From Gammaproteobacteria bacterium (GTDB lineage Bacteria; Pseudomonadota; Gammaproteobacteria; Francisellales; CACEW01), in assembly GCA_965662575.1 (NCBI GenBank), contig CBFIHN010000004.1, positions 1-56,990 of the forward strand: a stretch of 56,990 nucleotides of DNA, read 5' to 3'. Below the pieces are notes generated by a model. That model did not search any database. It saw only the letters and a program-made list of their open reading frames with translations, and was not told the origin of the DNA. The position numbers and the translations under genes are program-made. The stretch's first letter is position 1, and every line of letters starts with the position of its first letter. Below, one piece after another: positions 23,032 through 32,773 of the stretch.

Positions 23032-24657
23032 ATGAAGCAAGCACATTCATATAAGCGTAATCTTGGGCTAGTGAGTATTATATTTTCAGCAGTGAGCGCT
23101 ATGTTTGGCTCTGGTTGGCTATTTTCATCGTTAACTGTCGGTAGTATCGCCGGGCCTGCCGCTATTTTTTCTTGGATTATCGGTGGTATTTTGGTGTTGA
23201 TTATCGCCTGCACTTACGCTGAGCTGTCAACAACCATTCCGATTTCTGGAGGTAGTGCGCGTTTCCCTCAATTAACGCATGGTACTTTTGTGAGCTTACT
23301 ATTTGGTTGGATTAGCTGGCTGGGTATTATGACCGCGCCGCCCATTGAAACCCAAGCGCTAATTCAATATACCGCCGTCTTTTGGCCACAGTTACTGAAT
23401 TCCCATGTTGGTGCTGGTTTAAGTCATTTGGGTTTGCTGTTGGCAACCGTGATTATGCTGATTTTTTCTGTGATTAATATTTACTCAATTCGCTGGGTTT
23501 CTAGGCTGAATAATGGGTTGACAATTTGGAAGTTGGGTTTTGCGGTGGTGACTATTGTCGTTTTGCTGCTGTGTGTTTTTAAGGGCAGCAATTTTCATAG
23601 TGTCCATCATGGCGGCTTTACACCGCATGGCTGGGCGAGTGTTTTTGTGGCCTTATCAACTGGCGGTGTGCTTTTTGCGTTTAACGGTTATAAGCAGGCG
23701 GTCGAGTTGGCAGGGGAAACCAGTAATCCTAAGCGTACATTGCTTATTGCATTGATTGGTAGTTTAGTGATTAGTACAGTCATTTATGTCTTGCTGCAGG
23801 TTTCATTTATTGGTGCACTGCCTGTCGATAGCTTGAAAAACGGATGGGCACATTTACACTTTCATGGAGATGCGGGGCCATTAGAAGGGTTGTTGCTATT
23901 ACTGGGTTTTGGGTGGCTAGCTGGTTTAATGTATGTCAATGCCTTGGTTTCTACGGGCTCTGCCGGTTTGGTCTACTGTTCGAGTAGCGCGCGTATTTTG
24001 TATGCGATGAGTGCCAATCGTCAATTACCTAAGTTTTTGTGTTTTTTAAGCAACAATGGTATGCCGGTGCGTGCGATCATTGTTAACTTTATTGTTGGGA
24101 TGGCGCTGTTTTTTAGCTTTGGCAGTTGGCAGGCGATGATTGCTTTTATCTCGTCAGTTATTGCGGCTTCTTACCTAACAGGGCCTATTTGTTGCTTGGC
24201 CTTACGCTGCCAACACCCTGAACTTGAGCGTCCTTTCCAAGTGCCTTTTGTTAAATTGTGGTGCTATGTTGCCTTTTTAGTTTGTACATTAATGGTTTAT
24301 TGGACTGGGTGGAAAGTGATTGCGGAATTGGGCGTGTTACTGATTATTTCTTTGGCGCTATTCTTTCTTTATCGCCAATTTTCGCCGCGGGCTAAAGAGG
24401 TTTACTGGCACTGGGAAACAACTATTTGGGTGTGGCCATATTTTGTCGGTGTTGCCTTAGTATCTTATTTTAGCACGGGTACTCATAATTATTTAGGGTT
24501 TGGTTATTCAGTGATTTTATTAGCCTTGCTATGTGTGCTGTGTTTGTTTCTGGCGGTTAAATATCGTTTGCGTGACCATCATGCCGAGGATAACTTGCGT
24601 CGTTTGCAATATGAGGCTAGAACAGGCCATGCGTTAGAAACTGTAACTGAGCACTAA
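23032..24657 (+). CDS. APC-family amino acid permease
   Basis: FGSGWLF, GPAAIFSW, YAEL, GG..RFP; many TM segments; RBS GGAG. Confidence 0.92.
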   Translation: MKQAHSYKRNLGLVSIIFSAVSAMFGSGWLFSSLTVGSIAGPAAIFSWIIGGILVLIIACTYAELSTTIPISGGSARFPQLTHGTFVSLLFGWISWLGIMTAPPIETQALIQYTAVFWPQLLNSHVGAGLSHLGLLLATVIMLIFSVINIYSIRWVSRLNNGLTIWKLGFAVVTIVVLLLCVFKGSNFHSVHHGGFTPHGWASVFVALSTGGVLFAFNGYKQAVELAGETSNPKRTLLIALIGSLVISTVIYVLLQVSFIGALPVDSLKNGWAHLHFHGDAGPLEGLLLLLGFGWLAGLMYVNALVSTGSAGLVYCSSSARILYAMSANRQLPKFLCFLSNNGMPVRAIIVNFIVGMALFFSFGSWQAMIAFISSVIAASYLTGPICCLALRCQHPELERPFQVPFVKLWCYVAFLVCTLMVYWTGWKVIAELGVLLIISLALFFLYRQFSPRAKEVYWHWETTIWVWPYFVGVALVSYFSTGTHNYLGFGYSVILLALLCVLCLFLAVKYRLRDHHAEDNLRRLQYEARTGHALETVTEH

Positions 24658-24670
24658 AGAGACTTTTCTT

Positions 24671-25579
24671 ATGCGCCATGTACTACGTATTGATGATTTA
24701 ACCAAGCGAGATATTGTTGATCTCCTTGATCGTGCAGAGGCCCTGGCACCATTTACTAGCCCGGATTTATTAAAAGGGAAATTAGTTGCCTGTTGCTTTT
24801 TTGAGCCTTCAACCAGGACACGACTTTCATTTGAAACAGCAGCTTATCGTTTAGGCGCAAAAGTCATTGGTTTTAGTGAAGCAGAGAATACCTCGGTACA
24901 AAAAGGGGAAACGCTTGAAGATACTATTCGTGTGGTTTCTTCCTATGCTGATGTTATTGTTTTGCGTCATCCTGAGGCCGGTGCTGCTTGGCGAGCGTCA
25001 CAAGTGTCGTCGGTGCCGGTGATCAATGCCGGTGATGGCTATAACCAACATCCGACACAAACATTACTTGACTTATATAGTATTCGCCAATGCCAGAATA
25101 AGTTGGATCAACTGCATATTACGCTTGCCGGTGATTTGTATCATGGGCGGACTGTTCATTCATTGGCTAAGGGGCTCGCACACTTTAATGTTCAGTTATC
25201 CTTAGTCGCTCCCAAGTCGTTACAAATGCCAAGTGATGTTTGTGCTGATTTACAGCAGGCTGGTATTCCTTTTGTTCAATATGATTGTTTCGAGCCGATA
25301 TTGGATAAAACTGACATCATCTACATGACACGTTTGCAAAAAGAGCGAATTAATCAAGCAGATTTAGGTGCAATTGATATGCTAACCATTACGCCAGAGT
25401 TAGTGAAAAGGGGTAAACAAAATTTACGCATACTTCATCCCTTGCCGCGCGTTGGTGAAATTGATACGGCAGTAGATGCCATGCCGCAAGCTTATTATTT
25501 TCAGCAAGCAGCACAAGGTGTGCCAGTTCGTCAAGCTTTGCTGAGCATGTTGCTGAGCGACCTTGCTTGGCAGAAATAA
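24671..25579 (+). CDS. pyrB: Aspartate carbamoyltransferase catalytic subunit
   Basis: FFEPSTRTRLSFE, HPTQTLLD, HPLPR. Confidence 0.96.
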   Translation: MRHVLRIDDLTKRDIVDLLDRAEALAPFTSPDLLKGKLVACCFFEPSTRTRLSFETAAYRLGAKVIGFSEAENTSVQKGETLEDTIRVVSSYADVIVLRHPEAGAAWRASQVSSVPVINAGDGYNQHPTQTLLDLYSIRQCQNKLDQLHITLAGDLYHGRTVHSLAKGLAHFNVQLSLVAPKSLQMPSDVCADLQQAGIPFVQYDCFEPILDKTDIIYMTRLQKERINQADLGAIDMLTITPELVKRGKQNLRILHPLPRVGEIDTAVDAMPQAYYFQQAAQGVPVRQALLSMLLSDLAWQK

Positions 25580-25631
25580 AGCACTGATGGGACGTTGCAA
25601 ACGATAGTCTGTCATCAACACCCTATCGGGT

Positions 25632-25692
25632 GTCATCCCCACGAAGGTGGGGCCCAGGTATCAGAGACTAGATGCCCATTTTCGCGGGAATA
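25632..25692 (+). repeat. REP/RPE-like paired palindrome (family C)
   Basis: GTCATCCCCACGAAGGTGGGGCCCAG...CTAGATGCCCATTTTCGCGGGAAT. Confidence 0.65.
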
Positions 25693-25704
25693 AGGGCAGA
25701 CCGA

Positions 25705-25875
25705 TTATTAAGGAAAATGCCCCGTGGCTTGCCACGGGCACTTTAACGCTTGGGGTTTCCTGAGGGGGAGTGGGCGAACACTCCCCTTGGGTCGCCCCGT
25801 TGGTGCGGCTTTGCCGCATAGGCGAAATATTACTAGGTATAAAATACCCCGCTGCTTGCGGCGGGGTGGTTTATT
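25705..25875 (-). mobile_element. Family B three-hairpin element, copy 2 (inverted)
   Basis: Reverse complement is near-identical to 27466-27634. Confidence 0.85.
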
Positions 25876-26016
25876 TCTTGGCAGTTTTAAGGGGTGAGAA
25901 CGGGATCTCTCCTTTAATCACCGCTTATGTTAATTGACTTGGCGTCGGTGACATTTAATCTCGGAAAGGACTTATCACAAATGAGAAAGTTCGGCTTTTG
26001 TTAGGACGACAATTGG

Positions 26017-26718
26017 ATGAGCAAGACACTGAATCTGTTGATCATTGAAGATGAAGAGGCCATTCGTGACCTGTTAGGCTTTAGCTTTCCTAAGCAGGAT
26101 TTCAATTTGCGCTATGCTGAAGATAGCCCAAAAGCAGAAAGGCTGTTGGCAACCTATCACCCGGATTTGATTATCCTTGATTGGATGTTGCCAGGGAAAA
26201 GTGGCATTGCCTTTATGCAGTGGCTGCGTAATCATGAGTTATTGCAGGATACACCGGTGATTATGTTGACGGCGCGTGTCGAGGAGTCGTACAAAATTCG
26301 TGGTTTGGAAGTCGGTGCTGACGACTATGTTACCAAACCTTTTTCACCGCCTGAGTTGGTTGCGCGAGTAAAATCAGTGTTGCGCCGAGGGCGTAAGCTA
26401 AAGCATGATCATCTACTACGCGCAGCAGACTTGTTGCTGGATATGAATACCCAGGTTGTCCAACATGGTGGTCATCATGTTAATCTGCCACATACGCTCT
26501 ATAGGTTACTCTATTTCTTTATGACACACTGTGACCGAAGTTACAGTCGTGATCAAATCATTAGTCTTGCTTGGGGGCGAGAAGTCTATCTGGATGAGCG
26601 AAGTATCGATGTGCAAATCCGGCGCTTACGGGAGTTACTGAAACCAATCAGCGCAGATAAATATATCGAAACAGTTCGTGGTATTGGCTATCGTTTTAGT
26701 GAAAATGCCTATGAATAA
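26017..26718 (+). CDS. phoB: Phosphate regulon response regulator PhoB
   Basis: LDWMLPG, GLEVGADDYVTKPFSP, DVQIRRLR, TVRGIGYRF. Confidence 0.92.
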   Translation: MSKTLNLLIIEDEEAIRDLLGFSFPKQDFNLRYAEDSPKAERLLATYHPDLIILDWMLPGKSGIAFMQWLRNHELLQDTPVIMLTARVEESYKIRGLEVGADDYVTKPFSPPELVARVKSVLRRGRKLKHDHLLRAADLLLDMNTQVVQHGGHHVNLPHTLYRLLYFFMTHCDRSYSRDQIISLAWGREVYLDERSIDVQIRRLRELLKPISADKYIETVRGIGYRFSENAYE

Positions 26719-27466
26719 TAGCAACCCAATGTCGATAGTGTCGCAGCTGCCGCAATCTATACAGCGACGTATCCGACATCTTGAGCGTATGCGCAGTGAT
26801 TTTGTTGCCAATGTTTCTCATGAGTTGCGCACGCCATTAACGGTAATCCGTGGTTATTTAGAAACATTATTGCCACAAGCCAATGATAAAGCACCTGAAT
26901 GGGAAAAGATTTTCCTGCAAATGCATCAGCATAGCTTGCGCATGGAAAATATTATCGAAGATTTACTGCTGTTATCACATTTAGAGTCAGCAGAAGAATC
27001 TGGAGGTAAAAAACGTGTGCATGTTGCCGCGTTATTATCACGCCTGGGTGAAGAGGCCAAAGCTGTTAGTGGTGAACAGCAGCATAATCTGAGCTTGAGC
27101 GTTGACAAGTCTTTAGTGCTAAAAGGTAATGAGGATGAATTAAAAAGCTTGTTTTCAAATGTGATTATCAATGCGATCAAATATACACCAGCAAAAGGAA
27201 AAATCGATATTCATTGGTATCAACAAGACAATCACGCGATATTTGAGGTTAATGATAGTGGTATTGGGATTGAGCCAAAACATATCCCGCGCTTAACCGA
27301 ACGCTTTTATCGTGTGGATAAAGCACGTTCGCGTGGCAGTGGGGGCACAGGGCTAGGGTTGGCAATTGTTAAACATGTCCTGACCCGTCATCACGGTGAG
27401 TTATTCATCGAGAGCAAGCCAGAACAAGGCAGCCAATTTCGCTGTCAATTCTCACTAGACCCGTAA
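26711..27466 (+). CDS. phoR: PhoR-type histidine kinase with HisKA and HATPase domains only
   Basis: FVANVSHELRTPLT, NAIKYT, RFYRVDKARSR..GGTGLGLAIVKH; ATG at 26711 overlaps the phoB stop; no TM or PAS domain. Confidence 0.88.
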   Translation: MNNSNPMSIVSQLPQSIQRRIRHLERMRSDFVANVSHELRTPLTVIRGYLETLLPQANDKAPEWEKIFLQMHQHSLRMENIIEDLLLLSHLESAEESGGKKRVHVAALLSRLGEEAKAVSGEQQHNLSLSVDKSLVLKGNEDELKSLFSNVIINAIKYTPAKGKIDIHWYQQDNHAIFEVNDSGIGIEPKHIPRLTERFYRVDKARSRGSGGTGLGLAIVKHVLTRHHGELFIESKPEQGSQFRCQFSLDP

Positions 27467-27634
27467 ATAAACCACCCCGCCACAAGCAGCGGGGTATTTT
27501 ATACCTAGTAATATTTCGCCTATGCGGCAAAGCCACACCAACGGCGACCCAAGGGGAGTGTTCGCCCACTCCCCTCAGGAAACCCCAGGCGTTAAAGTGC
27601 CCGTGGCAAGCCACGGGGTATTCTCTTTAATTAA
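27466..27634 (+). mobile_element. Family B three-hairpin element, copy 3
   Basis: Fills the entire gap between the convergent phoR and pstS stop codons. Confidence 0.85.
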
Positions 27635-28635
27635 GACACCCAGCTTTTTTCAATTTTTTGGTAGACATTCTTGGGTATAGGAACATAATCAAGCTGTTTA
27701 GCCATTTTGCCGCCATGACGGTAGCTCCAGCGGAAAAAGTCTAGAGCTGCTTGTCGAGTTGCTTTACTATCACGATCTGGTATCAAAACAAAAGTCGTTG
27801 CAACAATCGGCCAGCTGTTATCACCTGGTTGGCTGGTTAAAATTTGATAAAAATGATTTTTTGCTTGCCAGTTGGCATATTTTGCTGCGCTGACAAAACT
27901 TGGACTGTTGGCGGTGACAACTTGCCCTGCTTTATTTTTCATTTTTGCACTAACCAAACCATTTTGTAGCGCGTAGGCGTATTCAACATAACCGATACTA
28001 TTGGGAATCATTTTGATTTGTGAGGCAACGCCAGCATTGCCTCTAGCGCCGAGACTTGAACTTCCAGGCCATTCAACCACTGTATTGAAGTGGACCTTTT
28101 TATTCCAGGTTGGGCTGACTGTGGATAGATAGTTCGTAAAATTAAAAGTTGTCCCCGAACCATCAGCTCGATGTACGGTAACGATTGAGGTATCAGGCAG
28201 TGTCAGTTTGGGATTGAGTTTTTTAATCTTGGGGTCATTCCATTTTGTGATTTTGCCGAGGTAAATATCTGCTAAGACTTGGCCATCCAGTATCAGCTGG
28301 TTGTTTTTGATATGTTTGACATTGACAATAGGTACAATCCCCCCGGTGATCATCGGGAATTGTTGCCAATGTTTGTCCTGCAATTGTGTAGACTTTAGCG
28401 GCATATCAGAGGCGGCAAAATCAACGGTACCTTCTTGAAGTTGTTTGATCCCACCGCCTGATCCAATCGGTTGGTAGTTAATTTGTTTCCCGGTTTTATC
28501 TTGATAGGTATGAGCCCAGCGGGCTAAAACAGGATAAATAAATGTTGATCCTGCACCAGTAACCACTGTTGAGGCCATCACTGTTGATGTGCTGATCACT
28601 GTCGATAATACGAGTGTTTTGATATATGTTTTCAT
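27631..28635 (-). CDS. pstS: Phosphate ABC transporter substrate-binding protein
   Basis: Signal peptide, GAGSTF, GSGGG, HRADGSGTT; ATG at 28635. Confidence 0.96.
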   Translation of the reverse strand: MKTYIKTLVLSTVISTSTVMASTVVTGAGSTFIYPVLARWAHTYQDKTGKQINYQPIGSGGGIKQLQEGTVDFAASDMPLKSTQLQDKHWQQFPMITGGIVPIVNVKHIKNNQLILDGQVLADIYLGKITKWNDPKIKKLNPKLTLPDTSIVTVHRADGSGTTFNFTNYLSTVSPTWNKKVHFNTVVEWPGSSSLGARGNAGVASQIKMIPNSIGYVEYAYALQNGLVSAKMKNKAGQVVTANSPSFVSAAKYANWQAKNHFYQILTSQPGDNSWPIVATTFVLIPDRDSKATRQAALDFFRWSYRHGGKMAKQLDYVPIPKNVYQKIEKSWVS

Positions 28636-29384
28636 TGTTCTCTCCAAATGTAGTCCTTGGTTTGTTGATGTTGTGGTTGGGAAAAAAAGTTATCGGTTGT
28701 GTTTTGTTCAATAATTTCGCCATCTTTTAAAAAAACCGTATGATCCGAAAGTCGTTGAGCTTGCTTAAGATGGTGTGTGACTAGCAAAATAGTAAAGTCG
28801 GTTTTGAGGTCGTTGATCAATGACTCAACTTTGGTCGTTGATATAGGATCTAAGGAAGATGTTGGCTCATCAAGCAGTAAAATTTTTGGTTGAATAGCAA
28901 TGGCGCGGGCGATACATAATCGTTGTTGTTGCCCCCCAGACAAATGGGTGCCAGCATCATATAATTTATCTTTCACTTCATCCCACAATGCCGCGCGCTC
29001 GAGGGATGATTGAACTCGCTTAGTCAGTGCTTGCTTGCTTAAGTTTTCATGCAGCCGCAGGGCAAAAGCAATATTGTTAAAGATCGACATCGGAAAGGGT
29101 GTCGGTTTTTGAAATACCATGCCAACAGACTTGCGTAGACCATTGATATCAAGGCGGCGGTCTAATAAGTCCTGCTCTTGCAGCAGGATCTGACCGGTAA
29201 CCTGTTGATGCGGATTGAGTTCAAAAATACGGTTAAAACAGCGTAATAAGGTTGATTTACCAGATCCCGAGGGCCCAATTAATGCCGTCGTTTTTTTATC
29301 AGGAAAGTGTAAGTTAATGTCATATAGTGCTTGTTGTTTGCCATAGTAAAAGTTTAAATCAGTTACACGTAAATAATCATTCAT
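28632..29384 (-). CDS. pstB: Phosphate ABC transporter ATPase
   Basis: GPSGSGKST, VFQKPTPFPMSI, LSGGQQQR. Confidence 0.96.
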   Translation of the reverse strand: MNDYLRVTDLNFYYGKQQALYDINLHFPDKKTTALIGPSGSGKSTLLRCFNRIFELNPHQQVTGQILLQEQDLLDRRLDINGLRKSVGMVFQKPTPFPMSIFNNIAFALRLHENLSKQALTKRVQSSLERAALWDEVKDKLYDAGTHLSGGQQQRLCIARAIAIQPKILLLDEPTSSLDPISTTKVESLINDLKTDFTILLVTHHLKQAQRLSDHTVFLKDGEIIEQNTTDNFFSQPQHQQTKDYIWREQ

Positions 29385-30223
29385 CTATGTTTCTCCTTGG
29401 CGATGAATCGTGCTAATAAGTTTAAAATTAAGATAGCTACCGTGATGAGTAAGGCTCCTGCCCAGCCAAGTTTTTGCCAGTTAGCATAGGGGCTCATCGC
29501 ATATTGAAATATTGTGACGGGTAAATTTGCCATGGGTTGTAAAATATGCCAGCTAGCAAATTGATTATTTAACGCAGTGAATAGCAAGGGTGCTGTTTCA
29601 CCGGCAATTCTAGCCAATGCTAATAAGCAGCCGGTTAAAATCCCTGCTGTTGCGACTTTATAAACAATGTTGAAGCAGATTCGCCAACGTGCAATACCTA
29701 AGGCTGCAGCAGATTCTTTTAGTAGGGGAGAAACCAAATATAAAACATCTTCTGTTGTGCGGATAATCATCGGTAGTGCGATAATCGCCAGTGCTATCGC
29801 GCCGGCCAACCCTGAAAAGTGTCCGAGCGGAATGACAACTAAAATATAAACAAATAAACCAATCACAATGGAGGGTGCGCTGAGTAAGACATCATTGATA
29901 AATCTAACCATACAGGCAAGACGTCGTTTGCCACTAAAATCAACCATAAAGGTTGCAATTAAAATACCAATTGGCGCTGCAATAAGCATTGCCAGGGCTG
30001 TCATCATGACACTGCCGACAATGGCATTACTTAATCCACCGGGTTGTCCTGGCGGTGGGGTCACTTCGCTAAATAGATGACAATTGAATCCGGGTAGGCC
30101 ATGTGTAAACAAAGTCCATAAAATGGATCCAAGAAATGACAGGCTCAGCAAGGTTGTCATCGCGCAAAAACCATAGAATACATACAAACTTAGGCGTCGT
30201 CGCTTGGAGGTTTGCCAGTTCAT
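29381..30223 (-). CDS. pstA: Phosphate ABC transporter permease PstA
   Basis: APSIVIGLF, ARIAGETAPLLFT. Confidence 0.95.
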   Translation of the reverse strand: MNWQTSKRRRLSLYVFYGFCAMTTLLSLSFLGSILWTLFTHGLPGFNCHLFSEVTPPPGQPGGLSNAIVGSVMMTALAMLIAAPIGILIATFMVDFSGKRRLACMVRFINDVLLSAPSIVIGLFVYILVVIPLGHFSGLAGAIALAIIALPMIIRTTEDVLYLVSPLLKESAAALGIARWRICFNIVYKVATAGILTGCLLALARIAGETAPLLFTALNNQFASWHILQPMANLPVTIFQYAMSPYANWQKLGWAGALLITVAILILNLLARFIAKEKHR

Positions 30224-31182
30224 TATTGGATGCCCCCACGGTGATAAGATGATTTCTTTAATAGGATTCTGGCAATAAGCAGGGCAACAAAAGTAATTGC
30301 AAACAAAATTAACCCTAATTCAATTAATGCGGCGGAATATAATTTTCCCGTTGCTTCTGTAAATTCATTGGCAATGGTCGCTGATATGGTGGTCCCAGGC
30401 ATGAACAAAGACTTGATCGCACCATGAGAGTTGCCAATGACAAAGGTAACCGCCATGGTTTCACCTAAAGCACGACCAAAGCCTAAGATGATGCTGCCAA
30501 GCATGCCTTTTCGAGTGTAAGGCAGCAAAATTCGAAAAGCGACTTCCCAGTGCGTGGCGCCAACCGCATATGCCGATTCTCGGAGCATGACGGGGGTATT
30601 GGCGAGAATATCGCGCATCATCGATGAGATGAGAGGAACGACCATAATCGCTAGCACAATACCTGCGGTGAAAATGCTGATGCCAATTGGCAAGCCAGAA
30701 AAAATAAAATGTAGGATTGGCCTATGAGCAAACCATTGGATCAATGTCGGTTGTATATACGTCGCCATAAATGGCACGAAGGTAAACAAGCCCCACATAC
30801 CATAGATAATACTTGGTATGCCGGCCATCAGTTCAATCATTCTTGCTAGTATAGAAGATAAACGTTTTGACAATAATTCATTAATCGTTATGGCGATACC
30901 AAAGCTTAGCGGAATAGCGATAACCATGGCGATTATCGCCGTGATTATGGTGCCCAAAATAATATTCAATGCGCCAAAGTGATTATCAACCGGTGACCAA
31001 TGACTTTGATAGAGATATGCGATGCCAAATTGCTTGATGCTCGGCCAGCTTTCAATGACTAAGCCGATTAATATTGAAATAAACAAAATGACAAATATAA
31101 TGCACAAGCCTCGGAGTAAAGCTGATACGAGTGCATCACCATGCAGTGAGTTAGGTTTTCTTAACCGTAAAGATTGTGGCAT
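30223..31182 (-). CDS. pstC: Phosphate ABC transporter permease PstC (start ATG 31182 or TTG 31212)
   Basis: AGIPSIIYGMWG, GRALGETMAV, IANEF. Confidence 0.95.
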   Translation of the reverse strand: MPQSLRLRKPNSLHGDALVSALLRGLCIIFVILFISILIGLVIESWPSIKQFGIAYLYQSHWSPVDNHFGALNIILGTIITAIIAMVIAIPLSFGIAITINELLSKRLSSILARMIELMAGIPSIIYGMWGLFTFVPFMATYIQPTLIQWFAHRPILHFIFSGLPIGISIFTAGIVLAIMVVPLISSMMRDILANTPVMLRESAYAVGATHWEVAFRILLPYTRKGMLGSIILGFGRALGETMAVTFVIGNSHGAIKSLFMPGTTISATIANEFTEATGKLYSAALIELGLILFAITFVALLIARILLKKSSYHRGGIQ

Positions 31183-31222
31183 CCTAAGATCTATCCGGGT
31201 GAGATCAATCAATTCACAGCGG

Positions 31223-31256
31223 ATATTAGCAGCTAATTATGACAGCTTAATGACAA
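31223..31256 (-). promoter_or_regulatory. Pho box promoter of pstCABS
   Basis: Minus strand reads TTGTCAT-TAAG-CTGTCAT (31256-31239), a 10-bp spacer, then a -10-like TAATAT. Confidence 0.85.
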
Positions 31257-31348
31257 TCGATGGGTGCTAGGCCCCATTGGATGATAACAGATGTTCTCCC
31301 GAAACAAATGAGTAGGGGTTGATTGACATTCAAGTAGATACAGCCCCA

Positions 31349-32170
31349 TTAAAGTGATGTTCTATCGACTAAACATAGTGCTGTGGTATAAGAATCTTGG
31401 TTGGCTTGGCAAATCAATTGGCCAATTTTTTGGTGCTGTTGGTTGTAAAGGATTTCCCCTGGCGTACCTGGTATATCGAGTGTAATTGACTGCATCACCT
31501 TTTTTAATTTGCCGCGATAGTGCAAGCGTGCAATCACTTCTTGACCGAGAAAGCATCCTTTATTGAAACTCACGCCACCTAATTTCTGCAGATCAACTTC
31601 CTGCGGCAAAAACAACCCAGCGGTTGATGGATCAAGAAATGCTTGTCCGGCATGAATATCAGCAAGTTGCCATTGACTGAATGGTGTTGTTGCGTCTAAT
31701 TCTTGTGTTGAAAGATATTGATCTAGCATCGCTGGCGAACCAATGAGCTCAAAGCGCGGTTGATCGCCTCGGTGGCGGATAATGACAACCTCTTGTTCGA
31801 CGGCAATGTCGCCAATAGCTAGTGATTGCCAACTTGGCTTAAGTTCTGCCGCTTCAGCGATAATGCCAAGGCGAGTTTGTGTGGCCTGGTCGGTAGAAAT
31901 AGTCACTTTGGCGCGCAGTTTATAACGGTTTAATGTTTGTGCTGTCAGTGATATTAATGATTGGGGCATGACAAGGTAATAGTGTTCTTGGTGCTGGTAA
32001 AGATGGAACAAGCTCACCATCCGCCCTTTTAAATCACAGTAGGCACCTAAAGTTATTTTATTGTGCTCAAGCGTCATTAGGTCACAGGTCAATTGACCTT
32101 GTAGAAATGATTTGGCATCAGGGCCTGAGACGGTGATATGGTGTAAGGGACTTAGGTCTATGCTTTGCAT
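31349..32170 (-). CDS. ygfZ: Folate-binding Fe-S/tRNA-modification protein YgfZ
   Basis: GPDAKSFLQGQLTCD, KGCFLGQEVIAR. Confidence 0.93.
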   Translation of the reverse strand: MQSIDLSPLHHITVSGPDAKSFLQGQLTCDLMTLEHNKITLGAYCDLKGRMVSLFHLYQHQEHYYLVMPQSLISLTAQTLNRYKLRAKVTISTDQATQTRLGIIAEAAELKPSWQSLAIGDIAVEQEVVIIRHRGDQPRFELIGSPAMLDQYLSTQELDATTPFSQWQLADIHAGQAFLDPSTAGLFLPQEVDLQKLGGVSFNKGCFLGQEVIARLHYRGKLKKVMQSITLDIPGTPGEILYNQQHQKIGQLICQANQDSYTTALCLVDRTSL

Positions 32171-32286
32171 GGGTATAAAGTTTTGACTGATGCCGACAGA
32201 TTATACAGGAATTTAATTTCTGTTTTGCAAAGCGTAGAACACCTGATATAATCGCCGGCTACGAATTGATAGGGTATTAATTTATC

Positions 32287-32421
32287 ATGAAAAGAACATT
32301 CCAACCGAGTAATTTAAAACGAAAGCGGACACATGGTTTTCGTGCACGTATGGCAACACGTCATGGTCGTAAAATTCTGAATGCACGTCGTGCTAAAGGT
32401 CGTCGTCAACTAAGTGCTTAA
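32287..32421 (+). CDS. rpmH: 50S ribosomal protein L34 (missed by the ORF track)
   Basis: [44 protein letters not shown]. Confidence 0.98.
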   Translation: MKRTFQPSNLKRKRTHGFRARMATRHGRKILNARRAKGRRQLSA

Positions 32422-32773
32422 ATTGACGTTTGGCAAAAATAAAAAGCTGGTTTCTCAAGAGTTTGAGCAAACCTTCAAAAAAGGGCAGCGTTGGCATAGC
32501 CCTTTTTTTATGGCTGTCTATTTTGCCGCGGACCGCGCAGCACTTGGTGTGAGTGTAGCTAAAAAAAATGTGAAGCTATCGAACCGGCGCAATCGTTGTA
32601 AGCGTCTTGTCCGTGAGAGTTTTCGTTTAAATCAATATCGTATCGGTGATTATCATGTGGTTATTGTCGTTAAAACCAAAGCACAACAAGCCAGTAATCA
32701 AGAATTATTTCAATGCTTAGAACACTTATGGCACAAGCTCAGCAAGTTGTGCGCTACGTCTTTCTCGGGTTAA
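32414..32773 (+). CDS. rnpA: RNase P protein component
   Basis: [21 protein letters not shown]. Confidence 0.95.
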   Translation: MLKLTFGKNKKLVSQEFEQTFKKGQRWHSPFFMAVYFAADRAALGVSVAKKNVKLSNRRNRCKRLVRESFRLNQYRIGDYHVVIVVKTKAQQASNQELFQCLEHLWHKLSKLCATSFSG

